NCBI GenBank assembly: GCA_977017645.1 | Contig: OZ360227.1 | Location: 130,696,001-130,760,000, forward strand | DNA from: Torpedo marmorata | Lineage: Eukaryota | Direction: 5' to 3' | Length of the DNA stretch: 64,000 nucleotides | In this document: in pieces, positions 48,136 through 60,628 of the stretch | Position numbering within the stretch: position 1 is the first letter of the stretch | Layout: each line of letters opens with the position of its first letter | Program-made: the position numbers and the translations under genes | The notes under the pieces: generated by a model | Told to the model about the DNA's origin: nothing | The model's input: the letters and a program-made list of their open reading frames with translations, nothing else | The model's database searches: none

Positions 48136-49915
48136 TAATCAGAATCAGAATTTATTGTCATGAACAAGTCATGAAATTTGGTGTTTTGCGGCAGCATCAT
48201 AGTGCAAATATTCATATTATAACCATCTTACGACATTACTATATAAAAAAATATATAAATAATAGTGCATGAAATGTAAGGCAGGGTCTTTGGTTCATTG
48301 ATTATTCAGGAATCTGATGGCAGCGGGGAAGAAGCTGTCCTTGTGCAGTTGAGTGCTCGTCTTTAGGCTCCCGTACTTTTTTCCCGATGGTAGCAGAGTG
48401 AAGAGGGCATGGCCTGGGTGGTGGGGGTCTTTGATGATAGAGGCTGCTTTTTTAAGACACCACCTCATGTAGATGTCCTCGATGGAGTGAAGTCTGGTGC
48501 CTGTGATATCACAGGCCGAGTTAACAACCCTCTGGAGTTTATTCTTGTCCTGAGAGTTGGCGCTTCCATACCAGGCAGTGATGCAACCAGCCAGAATGCT
48601 CTCCACGGTAAACCTGTAGAAGTTTACGAGAGTCTTCGGTGACATACCGAATCTCCTCAGACACTTCACAAAGTATAGCCGCTGGCGAGCCTTCTTTGTG
48701 ATTACATCAACGTGGAGGCTCCAGGACAGATCCTCGGAGATGTTGACACCCAGGAATTTGAAGTTCTTGAGCATCTCCACCACTGAGCCCTCGATGAGGA
48801 CTGGGTCGTGTTCCCCTGACTTCCTCCTGAAGTCCACAGTCATCTCCTTGGTTTTGCTGACGTTAAGCGCAATGTTGTTGTCGTTACACCATTCAACGAG
48901 CTGATCTATCTCCCTCCTGTAATTTTCCTCATTGCCATTTGTGATTCTGCCGACAACTGTGGTGTCATCGGCAAACTTGTAGATGGCATTGGAATTGTGC
49001 CTGGCCACACAGTCATGGGTGTATTATGAGTATAGCAGTGGGCTAAGCCCGCATCCTTGTGTTGATAATCAGTGAGGAGGAGACTTTCTAATTCGTACTG
49101 ACTGTGGTTTTCCGATGAGAAAGTCAAGCATCCAGTTGTAGAGGGGGGTAGAGTTTGTAGCTTCTTGACCAGCACTGAGGGAATAATGGTACTGAAGGCC
49201 GAGCTGTAGTCGATGAAGAGCAGCCGTATGTATGAATTGCTGTTTTCGAGGTGATCCAGAGCTGAGTGGAGAGACAGTGATATTGCATCTGTTGTGGAGC
49301 GATTATGACGATAGGCGAATTGTAGAGGGTCCAGATCTTTGCTTAGGTATGTGTTAATTCTGGCCATGACCAGCCTCTCAAAGCATTTCATCACAGTAGA
49401 AGTTAGTGCTACTGGGCGGTAGTCGTAGAGGCAGCTCACACTACTTTTCTTGGGTACCGGGATGATTGATGCCATTTTGAAGCAGGTGGGAACCACCAAT
49501 AGCCTGAATACGACTGGGATTGTCTGATCTCCGAAGCTAAGCAGGCACAGGACTGGTCAGTACTTGGAGGGGAGACCGCCAAGGAACACCAGGTGCTGTA
49601 GGTTTCTGTGAGGGGCGCTGGACAAAATAGCGACCCTCTGTCTGCCTTATGGTAGACAAAAATTAAAGAATTTCATGTATGTTACATTCTAAATGTAGTA
49701 TTACGTGACAATAATGGAATCCTTACCTTTACCTCTTTACCTCTGACTGCCGCAATGAGAGGTTGAAAATGTCCATGAACACTCCGGCTAGTTGGTTGGC
49801 GCAGATTTTCAGTACCCTGCCAGGTACACCGTCAGGGCCTGACGCCTTGCGAGGGTTCACCCTCTTGAATGATGTTCTGACATCACCCTCAGAGACAGAT
49901 ATCACAGGGTCCTTA
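48136..49915 (-). mobile_element. Rex1/Babar LINE, 5'-truncated, split by a 5S SINE
   Basis: [50 protein letters not shown]; tail TGACAATAAA(TTCTGA)n. Confidence 0.92.
49498..49741 (+). mobile_element. 5S rRNA-derived SINE (SINE3-type) with a Rex-like 3' tail
   Basis: 49498-49604 matches 5S rRNA (TGATCTCCGAAGCTAAGCAGG, AGTACTTGGAGGGGAGACCGCC, CAGGTGCTGTAGGTTT), followed by ~140 bp ending GTGACAATAA and TTACCT-like repeats. Confidence 0.85.
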
Positions 49916-50395
49916 GCCTAAGTGAATGATAATTCACTTAGAGCCCTAAAGTGAAACAGTGTGCTCACAATGGTCTCTTAACCTGAGATTATGCCTTCAC
50001 AGTGATCTCTTAACTCAGGCCATTAACCTGATTGTATTTACAATGATCACAAAGCCAGCCCAGCCACTTCCCACTTCTGGATCAATGTGTTCACAATGAC
50101 TAATACACGCAGGGACTAACCCAAGGCAGCATCCACACAATGTTCAGTAAACCTGAGACAACATGTTCAAAATGTTCACTAATATGGCAGCAATTTAAGT
50201 CACTGTGTTCACGGTGCCAATAAACCATACACATTATCCAGAATGATTACAAAATTCAGGTCATAGCCAGATTATTGATCACAAGACTCAGGGCAATAAC
50301 CCAAGTCAGTATGTTCAGTGTGATAACCAAATCTGGATCATAATCGAGTCAATGTGTTCTTTATGATCATTAAAATGATTCAGTGTCTTCAAGTT

Positions 50396-52306
50396 TAAAA
50401 AAAAATATATTTTATTTAAATTTTTAAATCACACAATACACAATTCAAAATATATAATTTCCATAATACAAGTGATATAAATTTCCTCCCCCCAAACCCT
50501 CCTACCCTTCCCTAACCCCCCCAACCCCACTAATCTAAAAATAGTAAAAAAAAAGAAAAAAAGATTAATAGTGAGGAGAGAACCATCTAAAAACTTATTT
50601 TGTCCTGGAGGTTAAACTCACCAATAGACCTGATTTCTAGAGAATTCAAATCCTTAAACCCATAACTCTCATATATGGGCTCCAAATTTTAAAAAAAGAA
50701 TGATAATTATCTTTTGAATATCTATTTTTAATAAAACCAGCTTGATCTGGATGTATCAAATTTGGTAAATATTTAGCTATTCTATTAGCCAAAATTTTTG
50801 CCATAATTTTATAATCTACATTTAATAAAGAAATAGGTCTATATGACTCAGTCTTTAATACATCTCTATCTTTCTTTGGTATAACTAATAATAGCATTCA
50901 AAAAAGTTTTTGGTAATAAATGGGTTTCCGTAATCTGATTCAATACCTCCATATACGGAGGTATTAATAAGTCTTTAAATTCCTTATAAAATTCTACTGG
51001 AAATCCATCATCACCAGGAGATTTACCACTTTTCAACGTCGATAGAACTTCATTAACTTCTCTCATCGTAAAAGGTAAATCCAAAGAATTTTTATTCTGA
51101 ATATTTAATTTAGGTAAAGTAATTTTAGATAAAAATCTATTAATTTTCAAATCATCCTGAACAACCTGGGATCTATATAAATTCTGGTAATAATCTTTAA
51201 AAGATTCATTTATTTCTTGGGGTTTATAAGTTATTTCACCAGTATTTTTTTTCCTTATAGCATTTATAGTTTTAGAAACTTGTTCTTTTTTCAATTGCCA
51301 TGCTAAAACCTTATGGGCCTTTTCTCCTAATTCATAATATCTTTGTTTCATTCTCTCAATTAATTTTTCCGTTTTATAAGTTTGTAATAAATTATAATGT
51401 AGCTTCTTCCTCATTAATCGATTTTTTTTACAAATTGATTTATTTCTCTGTAAATCTTTTTCCATAATCTCAATCTCCTTCTCTAATTTTTCTGCTTCCT
51501 TCAAATAATCTTTCTTAATTTTTGCCGAATAACTTATTATCAGACCTCTAAGATAAGCTTTTAAAGTTTCCCAAATTATAAAGTTATCATTAATTGATTG
51601 ATCATTTATCCTCAAAAATTCTTGAATTTCCCTTCTCATATATTCACAAAAATCTGTCCTTTTCAATAAAGAAGAATCAAATCTCCAATTAAATATAGTT
51701 TTCTCCTTTTCTGGAATTATACATGTCATTAACAAAGGTGAATGATCTGAAATTATTCTCGCTTTATATGATACCTGTGATATTCTATCTTGAATTTGTG
51801 AAGATATTAAAAACAAATCTATCCTAGAGTATGAATCATGTCTAAAGAATAAAAAGAATAATCTTTCTCTCTAGGATTCAATTTCCTCCAAATATCTATT
51901 AAATTCAAATCTTTCATCAAACTAATAATTCTTTTAACTATTTTAGGCCTAACAGACGATCTAGAAGTCCTGTCCATTATTGAATCTAAACAACAATTAA
52001 AATCCCCCCCAATTAAAATATTTTCCTTAGCATCTGATAAATGCAAAAATACATCTTGAATAAATTGTTCATCATCTGGATTTGAAACATATAAATTCAT
52101 AAGAGTCCAAAATTCTGAATAAATCTGACAGTATACCAAAACATATCTACCTGCCACATCTATTACTACCGATTGTATTTTAAAGGGTAATTTTTTATTA
52201 ACTAAAATTGCTACCCCTCTAGCTTTAGAATTAAATGTAGAAGCTACCACATGTCCAACCCAATCTCTTTTTAATTTTTGATGTTCAACCTCTGTGAAAT
52301 GAGTTT
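50396..52306 (-). mobile_element. L1 (family A-like), 5'-truncated in EN and internally deleted (~2 kb)
   Basis: 14-bp TSD AGTGTCTTCAAGTT at 50382-50395 and 52307-52320; QAGFIKNRYSKDN joined directly to the terminal YHSFFKIWSPY. Confidence 0.92.
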
Positions 52307-53233
52307 AGTGTCTTCAAGTTGATCATCAAACCCAGATCTCAAACCACGTCATTGCTTTCACACTGATAATTAAATCACTGTAAACAAACCTAAATCACTG
52401 CATTTACACTGATCAATATATCCAAATATTTCTATTTGCACTGAAAACAGACCTAATCTGTGCCCTCAGACTGTCAACTACACCCAACACAAAACTCTAT
52501 TCAGTTCATTCATACTACTGATCATACTAGATTCATGAAACCAATTCAGTGTTTTATCACAGAAAACAAAAGCCAGGTTATTGTGTTAACTCCGAGAGCT
52601 AAATCCGATCATTGTGTGAGTGAACTCATACTAATAAGTGAATCTGGTCTACAAATCTTAATTAATGTGTTAATACTGACACCCAAACCTCAAACACCAG
52701 CCATAAGGGGTGTATCACAGCAGGAGAATCAGTCATTTCAGAAAATGCATTATTGCCCATGAAGAATGTCACGATGTCTTGAAACGTACCATATAATTGT
52801 ATCTTTTTCCAAACTTCCTCCTTCCGTCCCTCGTTCTCTCCATTCCATTACAGGAGCTAAGGGATAATGTCATGCAACCCTGCTGATCACACTGAAAACA
52901 TATTTGGATTATGTTTCTCAGTTGATATGAGTCTTTGCTTTGGATTATTTTCTGTGAAGCAATTTAAGTGACACTCTCAATGAATATAAAGGCATACGCA
53001 TTTCCCTAAAATATATTACCCACCAAGGAAGCCAAGATTAATGGAGATACGGTATGTTGTAAAGTTTGAAGCAGGAATGTGTATTTTTTATATAAAAGGA
53101 TAAATCTTTAAACTGATTGTCTGCATTAGTTGTTCTTTCCTCATTAACTCGAAGTATGTCTCTTGACACAATTGAAAATAAATTATTATCTCTGTGCTAT
53201 GTTCATGCAGAACTTTTTTGTATTTTTGTTTAG

Positions 53234-53706
53234 GAAATAAATGTTTTGCCAATTACATTAGAGAAGTTACATGGATTGTCCCAAGAAGATAAAACAGAAA
53301 ATGCCTTGTTACGATCTAGAATAGATGAACAGTCACAGCTCATCTGTATACTAAAACAGCGGTCTGATGAGTACATTCGGCGTTGTCAAACTTTGGAAAC
53401 AATTAACACTGAGCTGGAGAACCAATGTGAGAACTTCAAGCAACAATTAGAGGGTGAACAAAAGTTGTCAGCTCAGCTAGAAGATCGATTCATGGATCTG
53501 GCATTAAATCACCAAGAAATTATCAAATTTAAGGATGAATACAAGAGGCAGAATTCAGTGCTTAGTGAGCAAAATAAAAAGCTTCAAAGAGAAAATGAAA
53601 ATCTTTTTTGTAAAGCCCTGCAGGAGAAGGATGACCAAATATTGAAACTGTCCAGTGAATTGGCAGAATGTTTGAAACAATGCAACATTCTAGAACAAGA
53701 AATAAA
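53234..53706 (+). CDS. CCDC89: Coiled-coil domain-containing protein 89-like, second coding exon
   Basis: Acceptor TTTTTGTTTAG|GAA, donor AA|[56 protein letters not shown] matches recalled human CCDC89 ([44 protein letters not shown]). Confidence 0.9.
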
Positions 53707-54729
53707 GTAAGCAATATTAATAACAACAAAGTTCAATATAATAGTTTTGGAGTGAAATTGTGTATCACAGAATCTCTAACCATCATCCTAATCCTAACCT
53801 GGAATCATGATTTAACTTCAATAATTCCTGATAACAGTTAGGAGTGAATGAACATATTGGATATACTTATTAGTGTTGCTTCTAGTAACATGTAATATTT
53901 TGGCCAGTTCTCATTTTATTGTTTGTTCACAAGATGTGGATATCATTGTCAAAATCAACATTCATTGGTTATCAGCAATAGCCTTTGAAATGTTAACTGA
54001 ACCATCTTCGTGAACCACTGTAGTTTATTTAGTTAAAATACATCACAATGTTGTTAGGTAGGAGATTCCAAGCTTTGGCTCAGTACTGATGAAGATTTTC
54101 AAGTTAAATTGGTTATGATTTGGTGGTAGCAGTGTTCTCATGTTCCTGCTGCTTTTGTTCTTATTAATGGTAGCCACATGAATGACTTTTTTAAGTTCCC
54201 AGATCTTTTATGAATCTATCCCATTAAACAAGTGAGTACAGAATTTCATCGACACAAGTACTCCCACCATGATGGTCATAGACAGATATATCTGTCTCAG
54301 ATAGATTACTGAGGACGATGTAAATGGGTTTTTCTTCTTCAGTTGGTTCACTCACCACATGTATCAGGTCCAGTTTGGAAGCCAAGTCTTTTAGAGATAA
54401 ATGCCTCAATCAAAATGGTGTTATTGATCAATGAAGTCCCCCATCTGGACAACATTCTGTGTTCAGAATTCTACGTAGTGGTCAATGTGATGTAGTATTG
54501 ATTATATAATTGAGACAGGCCTCAGTAGAAGGCTTCCTAATATGGGTTTGACCTGATGCTAGGAGATTACTTGGAGTCTGGAGTCAATGTTCTAAACTCT
54601 AAGCTGCATGGGAATCTTCCATCTCCTTTGATTAGTCTGTCCAACAGTGGCTAGGACATACCTAGGAGGAGCCTGGAATGTCAACAGAAAGGTATGGTTC
54701 TTTAAATACAATATATATCATGTTTTTCT

Positions 54730-55200
54730 CAAAGCAAAAATCTGCAGATGATGTAAATCTGAAATTGAAACAAAAATTACTGGAACTTTTCAACAAGTCA
54801 GGTAGCATCTGTGGAGAAAGAAACTGCTCTTTCAATTGTGTTTCAAGTCCCCAGACATTAATCAGGAGATTTGACTGAGTTAAATATATCTTGTTCATGT
54901 CTAAATTTGCTGCCAAATTTGTTGGCAGGAAGTTTGTCAAAGAGTCAAATTCATACAGTCATGCAGCAGGGAAACAGGCCCTTCAGCCTATACAGTCGAT
55001 GCCAGCCTTCAAGCATTCTTCTACACTAGTTATATATTAATCCCATTAGATTCGCCCCTTCAGATTCTGCCACTTCACCTACACACTAGGGGCAATTTAC
55101 AGTGACCTACCAAACCAGCACATCTTTGGGATAGTATGAGGAAACTGAAGTATCCAGGGAAAAGTCATGCTATATCACAGGGAGAACATGCGAACTTTAA
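54730..55200 (-). mobile_element. Penelope-tail-like short repeat (54730-54910) and HE1-like V-SINE (54955-55200)
   Basis: AAATCTGCAGATG..CTGGAA..CAACAAGTCAGGTAGCATC is antisense to the CCTGCTGA..CCAGCA tail; the second part resembles 29665-29865. Confidence 0.55.
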
Positions 55201-56401
55201 CGGACTGTTCAGTATCACAAAATACAACTGGAAATAGATAAAGCATGTCAGGGGGACAGCGTTACGATAATTATGGGGATTTTAACATGAAAGTACATTG
55301 GGAAAGTCAGGTCAGTACGGGACCTCAGGAGAGAGAGTTTGTGGAATGCCTACAGGATGGCTTTTTGGAGCAGCTTGTTGATGAGCCTACCAGGGGATCA
55401 GCTGTTCTGGATTGCGTGCTGTGTAATGAACGGAGGTGATTAGAGATCTTAAGGTAAAGGAACCCTTAGGAGGCAGTGATCACAATATGATTGAGTTCAC
55501 TTTGAAATTTGAAGAGGAGTGGCTAGAGTCTGATGTGTCGATATTTCAGTGGAGTAGAGGAAATTACAGTCGCGTGAGAGAGGAACTGGCAAAGTCGATT
55601 GGAAAAACACACTAATGGTCAAGCCAGTAGATCAGCAATGGCTGGAGTTTATGCGCGAAATGAGGAAAGTGCAGGACAGGCACATACCCAAAAGAAAAAA
55701 TTGTGAATGGAAAAATGAGACAATTGTGGCTGACGAGGGAAGTTAAAGCCAAAGTAAAAGCAAAAGAGAGGGCATACAAGGAAGCAAAAATTGGTGGGAA
55801 GATAGAGGACTGGTAAACTTTTCAAAACTTGGAGAAGACAACTAAGAAGGTGATTAGGAAGGAAAAGATGAATTATGAAAGGAGGTTAGCAAGTATTATC
55901 AAAGAGGATACTAAAAGCTTTTTTAAATATATAAAGAGTGAAAGAGTGACCAAAGTAGACATAGAACCAATAGAAAATGACGCTGGAGAAATTGTAATGG
56001 GAGACAAGGCGATGGCAGAGGAACTGAATGAATATTTTGGATCAGTCTTCACTGTGGAAGACATTAGTAGCATACCGGACTCTCATGGTTTTCTCGGAAG
56101 AGAAGTGAGTGCGGTCAAGATCAAGAGAGAGAAGATACTTGGGAAGCTAAATGGTCTAAGGGTAGATAAGTCTCCCGGACCAGATGGAATGCACCCTCGG
56201 GTTCTGAAGGAGGTAGCTATAGAGATTGTGGAGGCATTGGTAATAATCTTCCAAGAATCAATGGAGTCTGGCATGGTTCCAGTGGACTAGAGAATCGCAA
56301 ATGTCACACTGCTGTTTAAGAAGGGAGTGAGGCAGCAAAAAGCAAATTATAGACCTATTACCCTGATGTCGGTGGTTGGGAAGCTGTTGGAGTCAATTGT
56401 C

Positions 56402-57375
56402 AAGGATGAAATTACGTAATACCTGGAGGTGCATGAAAAGATAGACCCAAGTCAGTATGCTTTCCTTAAAGGAAAATCATGCCTGACAAACCTATTGCAA
56501 TTTTTTGAAGAGATCACAAGTAGGATAGACAGGGGAGATGCAGTGGGTGTTGTGTATTTGGACTTTCAAAAGACAACGTGTCACACATAAGGCTGCTAAA
56601 CAAGATGAGAGCCCATGGAATTATAGGAAGGTTACTAGCATGGTTAGAGCATTGGCTGGTTGGCAGGAAACAGAGAGTTGGCTACCAACTACCAGTGGTG
56701 TTCCGCAGGGGTCGGTGTTGGCGCCGCTTCTTTTTACGTTGTATATAAATGATTTGGATTATGGAATAGATGTCTTTGTGTCTAAATTTGCAGATGACAC
56801 TAAAAATAGGTGGTAGGGGAGGTGGTGCTGAGGATACTGAAAGGCTGCAGAGAGACTTGGATAGATTAGGAGTTAGAGGTGGCAGATAAAATACAATGTT
56901 GGAAAGTTTACTGCACTTTGTTAGAAGAAATAAATGGGCAGACTACTATTTAGATGGGGAGAAAATTCAAAATTCGGAGGTGCAAAGGGACTTGGGAGTC
57001 CTCGTGCAGGATATCCTAAAGGTTGACCTCCAGGTTGAGTCGGTGGTGAAGAAGGCGAATGCAATGTTGCCATTCATTTCTAGAGGAACAGCATAAAAAA
57101 GCTATGGATTTCCTCACCTCCAGACCACAATCTGTGAGGATTGGTAAGAACATCTCCTCCACAATCTCCATCATTACCAGAGCACCACAGGGCTGCGTTC
57201 TTAGCCCCCTACTCTACTCACTTTACACCTACGACTGTGTGGCTTGGTACGACAATAACACCATCTACAAATATGCCGACGATACCATGGTAGTGGGTTG
57301 TATAAAGAAAGGTGATGAGTCAGCATACAGGAGGGAGATTGAAAACTTGGCTGAATGGTGCACCAACAACAACCT
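56402..57375 (+). repeat. Left copy of the ~970-bp direct duplication flanking the L1
   Basis: Matches 60627-61600 at offset 4225; the ORF track has identical ORFs (56538/60763, 56896/61121). Confidence 0.95.
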
Positions 57376-60300
57376 AGTTCAATGGATAATAAATTTATTA
57401 TTTGGGATACTTTAAAAGCTTATTTAAGAGGTCAAATAATAAGTTATTCAGCAAAGGTTAAAAAGGAATATACTCAAGAATTAGATAAATTGGAGAAAGA
57501 GATTGAATTTTTGGAAAAAGATTTACAAAAGAGAAAATCAGAAGAAAAAAGGAGGAATTTAATTGGAAAGAAATTGTATTATAATACATTGCAATCATAT
57601 AAAACGGAAAAAGTAATTGAAAGAACTAAACAAAGATATTATGAATTGGGTGAAAGAGCACATAAAGTGTTGGCTTGGCAATTAAAAAAAGAACAAACTT
57701 CTAGGACTATAAATGCTGTTAAAAAAAAGAATTCAAAGAAGATAACGTTTAAACCTCGGGAAATAAATGATTCTTTTAGGGAATTTTATTTAAATTTATA
57801 TAAATCTCAAACCGATAAAGGTGATTCTAAGGTGAATGCCTTTTTATCTAAGATTAAATTGCCTAGATTAAATATTCGAAGTAAAGAGTTTTTAGATTCT
57901 GCATTTACGATGAGAGAAGTTAATGAGGTACTTAGTTCTTTAGCAAATGGGAAATCTCCAGGTGAGGATGGTTTTCCACCAGAATTTTATAAGGAATTTA
58001 AAGATCTATTGATACCCCCATATATGGAAGTATTAAAACAAATAACGGAAACTCATTCTTTACCAGAAACATTTTCTAATGCAATAATAACAGTTATACC
58101 AAAAAAAGATAGAGATCCGTTGAAAACAGAATCTTATAGACCGATTTCATTGTTAAATGTGGATTATAAGATAATGGCGAAAATATTAGCAAATAGACTT
58201 GCTAGATATTTACCAGATTTAATTCATGAAGATCAAGCAGGTTTTATTAAGATAATATAGCTAGGTTAATTAGTTTAATTAATGTGGCACAAAAGAGAGA
58301 GGAATTATCATTAGTATTATCACTAGATGCTGAAAAGGCTTTTGATAGATTAGAGTGGAATTATTTATTTAAAGTATTGGAAAAATTTGGGTTTGGAACT
58401 ATATTTATTAATTGGATTAAAACTATATATAAAGAACCCTCTGCTAGGGTGGTTACAAATGGACAAATTTCTTCAAAGTTTTTGTTGACTAGGTCGACGC
58501 GACAAGGATGTCCGTTATCACCTGCATTATTTGTTTTAGCAATTGAACCTTTGGCGGAATTAATTAGACAAGATATTAAGATTGCGGGTATTAAAGTTGG
58601 AAATGAAGAACATAAGATTAATTTATTTGCAGATGATGTATTGATATATATGACAAAACCAATTACTTCTTTAATACATTTGGATGTTATACTGAGGGAA
58701 TATGGGGAGATTTCTGGTTATAAAATTAATTCTGATAAAAGTGAAATTATGGCATTAACACAAGATGATTATAGTAAATGTAAAGAAATTACACAATTTA
58801 AATGGTCAAACGAAGGAATTAAATATTTAGGTATAAAGATAGATACTAAACTAGCCAATTTGTATAAATTAAATTACTTACCATTATTTGCGAAAATTAA
58901 AGAAGATTTGGAAAGTTGGAAAGATTTACCTATAACTTTATTAGGAAGGGTAAATTGTATTAAAATGAATATCTTTCCAAGGATTCAATATCTTTTTCAA
59001 TCCATTCCATATGAAATTCCTCAAAAATTTTTTAAAGATTTAAATTTTATTATTAGGAAGTTTTTGTGGAAAGGTAAATTGGCTAGAGTAGCTATGGAAA
59101 AATTAACTTGGAATTATGAATTGGGTGGATTACAATTGCCTAATTTTCAAAATTATTATAAAGCAGCTCAACTATGGTTTATTAATGAATTGTTGGACTT
59201 AACAAAAGATTCGGCATGGATCCGGATAGAATTAAATAATATAGGAGAAGATTTGAAGGAAGAAGTTATTTATAAATGGAATTCTAAATTAATATTGATA
59301 AATGGTAAAAATTCTCCTATTTTTAAACATTTATTAGAAATATGGAATAGATTGGATAAAGAGATAGGAGCGAAAGGTTTAATTTCGCCAAATATGCCTT
59401 TATATCAAAATAGACTTATTCCGTTTGCTTTTAATAATCAGTTATTTAAAATTTGGTTTTTAAAGGGAATTAAGAAGGTAAATGATTGTTTTGAAGCTGG
59501 TAAATTTATTACTTTTCAAAGAATGAAAGATAAATTTAATATATTAAATAATACATATTTTGCCTATTTTCAAATTAAAGCTTTTTTAGTTGAAAAACTG
59601 GGCCATAATTTGGTTTTACCTCGACAAAGTGAATTTGAATTATTAGTTACAAACGGAGGTGTAAATAAATTTATTTCTCAAATGTATAAATTATTACAGA
59701 GGAAAATGCCTAAGGTAGCAATTCATAAATCAAGATTAAAATGGGAATTAGATTTGAATGTAACTATAGAAGAAAAACATTGGAAAGAATTATGTAAATT
59801 AAGTATGACTAAAATTATTAATGTCAGATATAGATTAGTGCAATATAATTTTTTTCATCAATTATATTTGACACCTAAAAAATTAAAGAAGTTTAATCCA
59901 GCGTTATCAGATATGTGTTTTAGATGTAATGGGGAAGAAGGTTCTTTTGTACATTCTACTTGGTTTTGTCCAAAGATTCAGGATTTTTGGTTTAAAGTTA
60001 AGGAATTTTTGGACAAAGTATTAAGAAATGTACTTCCAATGGATCCGATGATATTTTTATTTGGGGATATTAAAAGAATTAGTATTATGATGAATTTAAA
60101 TATGTATCAAATTGAGTTTTTGAGAATTGCTTTAGCGGTTGCTAAGAAATGTATCGCTATCACTTGGAAATCTGATGTAGACTTAGGTTTAGAAAGGTGG
60201 CACGCAGAACTTCGTTCTTGTATACCACTTGAAAAAATTACTTATAATTTACGTAATAAATATCATTTCTTTTCGAAAATATGGAGCCCATATATAAAAT

Positions 60301-60628
60301 TGGTCGGCTTAAAAATAAAAATTTGAAGATCTCTGAACATTGGATCAGGCTGGTAACCTAATTTCCACAAAATTTTAGTTTATAGTTATTTTTTAGTTTA
60401 GATTGACATTCTCCTTAGTTTTTTCTTTTTCTTTTCTTTACTTTATTTTATTTTATTTTATAGATTAGTAGGGGTGGGAGGGTTAGGGAGGGGTGGGGGG
60501 GTTAGGGTGGGGAGGGTGGTTGGGAGGGAGAAAATATATCACATGTATTTTGATAATTTTGCGATTTTATATAATGTATTTTGTGATTTAAAATTTTAAA
60601 TAAAATATTCAAAAAAAAAAAAAAAAAA
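57376..60628 (+). mobile_element. Young 5'-truncated L1 (family A) with a poly(A) tail
   Basis: ORF2 open except for one frameshift near 58250 (680-aa ORF 58284-60326); G-rich 3' UTR, AATAAA, A18 at 60611-60628. Confidence 0.96.

Larger units (their letters stand above)
46950..52700. repeat. Degenerate ~30-45-bp tandem repeat in intron 1 (blocks 46950-47405, 49915-50395, 52307-52700)
   Basis: Recurrent AGTGTGTTCACAATGATCACTAAACCCAGG-like unit, split by Rex and L1 insertions. Confidence 0.7.

Noticed and set aside
49498-49604. Functional 5S rRNA gene
   Set aside because: 5' end missing, multiple substitutions, fused to a retroposon tail and inserted in a LINE.
53041-53057. ATGGAGATACG|GTATGT as an alternative first exon of CCDC89
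   Set aside because: Phase 2 donor is incompatible with the phase 0 acceptor at 53234, and there is no promoter context.
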